Source: Nymphaea colorata (Eukaryota). Taken from it: DNA of 64,000 bases. The DNA is taken from contig NC_045138.2 of assembly GCF_008831285.2 (NCBI RefSeq), forward strand, positions 8,680,001 through 8,744,000, in the 5' to 3' direction. A program made the translations under genes and the position numbers. The notes beneath the pieces were generated by a model. The model did no database searches. It was not told where the DNA came from and saw only the letters and a program-made list of their open reading frames with translations. This document shows, piece by piece, positions 63,012 through 64,000 of this stretch. How positions within the stretch are numbered: the first letter of the stretch is position 1; each line of letters starts with the position of its first letter.

Positions 63012-64000
63012 GTATGCAATCCACTATTCTGAAATTCTATATTGCAGCTGACAGACTGATTCTCTGATATCTTGTAGATGCATACAATTTTTTGGTATCC
63101 TCAGATATTTTACTGCATACATTTAAAGATATAAGCTATAAAGCTACATCCTGGCATTATCAACTTTTTACGAGAAAAGTGCAGTGAAACAACTAGGCCA
63201 TTAAATGGATATTAAATGCATGCCTGTTCCTCTTTCATATATATGCGAGTAGACTTTAAATAGGCAGAATCATGCATAATTTGATTAGGAGTTGAAATTT
63301 TCAGAAAAAGGATATGGGAATTTTAGTGCATATTAACATACTCTAAATCTGAAACGCCATCAATATGGCAGGGTAGCATGCTACCACTACTGTCAATTGA
63401 TGCTAATGTGCTATCTGTTTCTCTTGTTATTGGTGAGGCACAAATATCCTTTCAGAATCATAGAAATCATAAGCTCTTGTTGGAGATCTAAACCCGTGCA
63501 TCAAAATAGTGTCCTATTTGTATGGAATACACTGTCACATGTTTCAAATAGTAAATATGTTAAATAGAATACAGTAGTAAGAAATTGGTCACAAAATGCA
63601 AATTAAAAAAAAAGTTGCTAACTGGGACCTTAAATATAATAATGTAAGCAATCAATTCATAGCGGTGGTAAAGGGATTCTTGGTGAAATGAAGAGCTGTA
63701 ACCTATGAATTATCCCGAGCAAAAGCGATATGCCTAGGTCATCCCTTGAAAGCATAAACAAAAATGTGCAACTTGTCCATGCTATACAGCAATAATTACG
63801 AATTTGGTAGCTCTTTCTTGCTCTTTACTCTGGAAGTTTGGGTAGTTAACTAGTAGTCAGTTTAGAAGATCTTTAGATCAAGTCCTTCTTAATTGGAGTT
63901 TGGACAGCTTTTGGCATGTCTCTGAATTTTCGCCATTTTCTTGGACTGGAAATGTATTATCCTTTTTGAGAAATTACAGAGGTTTATTTAACTTCTGGAT

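Overview
Repeat-rich nuclear DNA from a flowering plant (species not determinable from the sequence alone). Bases 1-20.6 kb are a nested transposon stack. A structurally complete minus-strand Ty3/Gypsy chromovirus (2379-19996; TG..CA LTRs of 3814 and 3711 bp, GAGAG TSD, decayed gag-pol) carries a young hAT element (10901-16262; 22-bp TIRs, perfect 8-bp TSD) inserted at its primer-binding site. The retroelement itself appears to sit inside an older hAT-like element. Next come decayed Gypsy/LTR remnants, MITEs, a CIA1 (WD40) pseudogene fragment, an intact 8-exon prolyl 4-hydroxylase (minus strand), two local satellite arrays and the first two exons of a PTC52/ACD1-like Rieske oxygenase. Four observations stand out. 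(1) The chromovirus pol frame reads through the PPT and stays open for 223 codons inside the unusually long LTR, suggesting an LTR-encoded tail after the chromodomain. (2) A tRNA-like SINE head is followed by an antisense plastid 16S rRNA fragment. (3) The P4H ends in KDEL instead of an ShKT domain. (4) A 36-bp insertion upstream of PTC52 is identical to part of that gene's intron 1. All identifications were made by eye from recalled motifs; no database searches were run.
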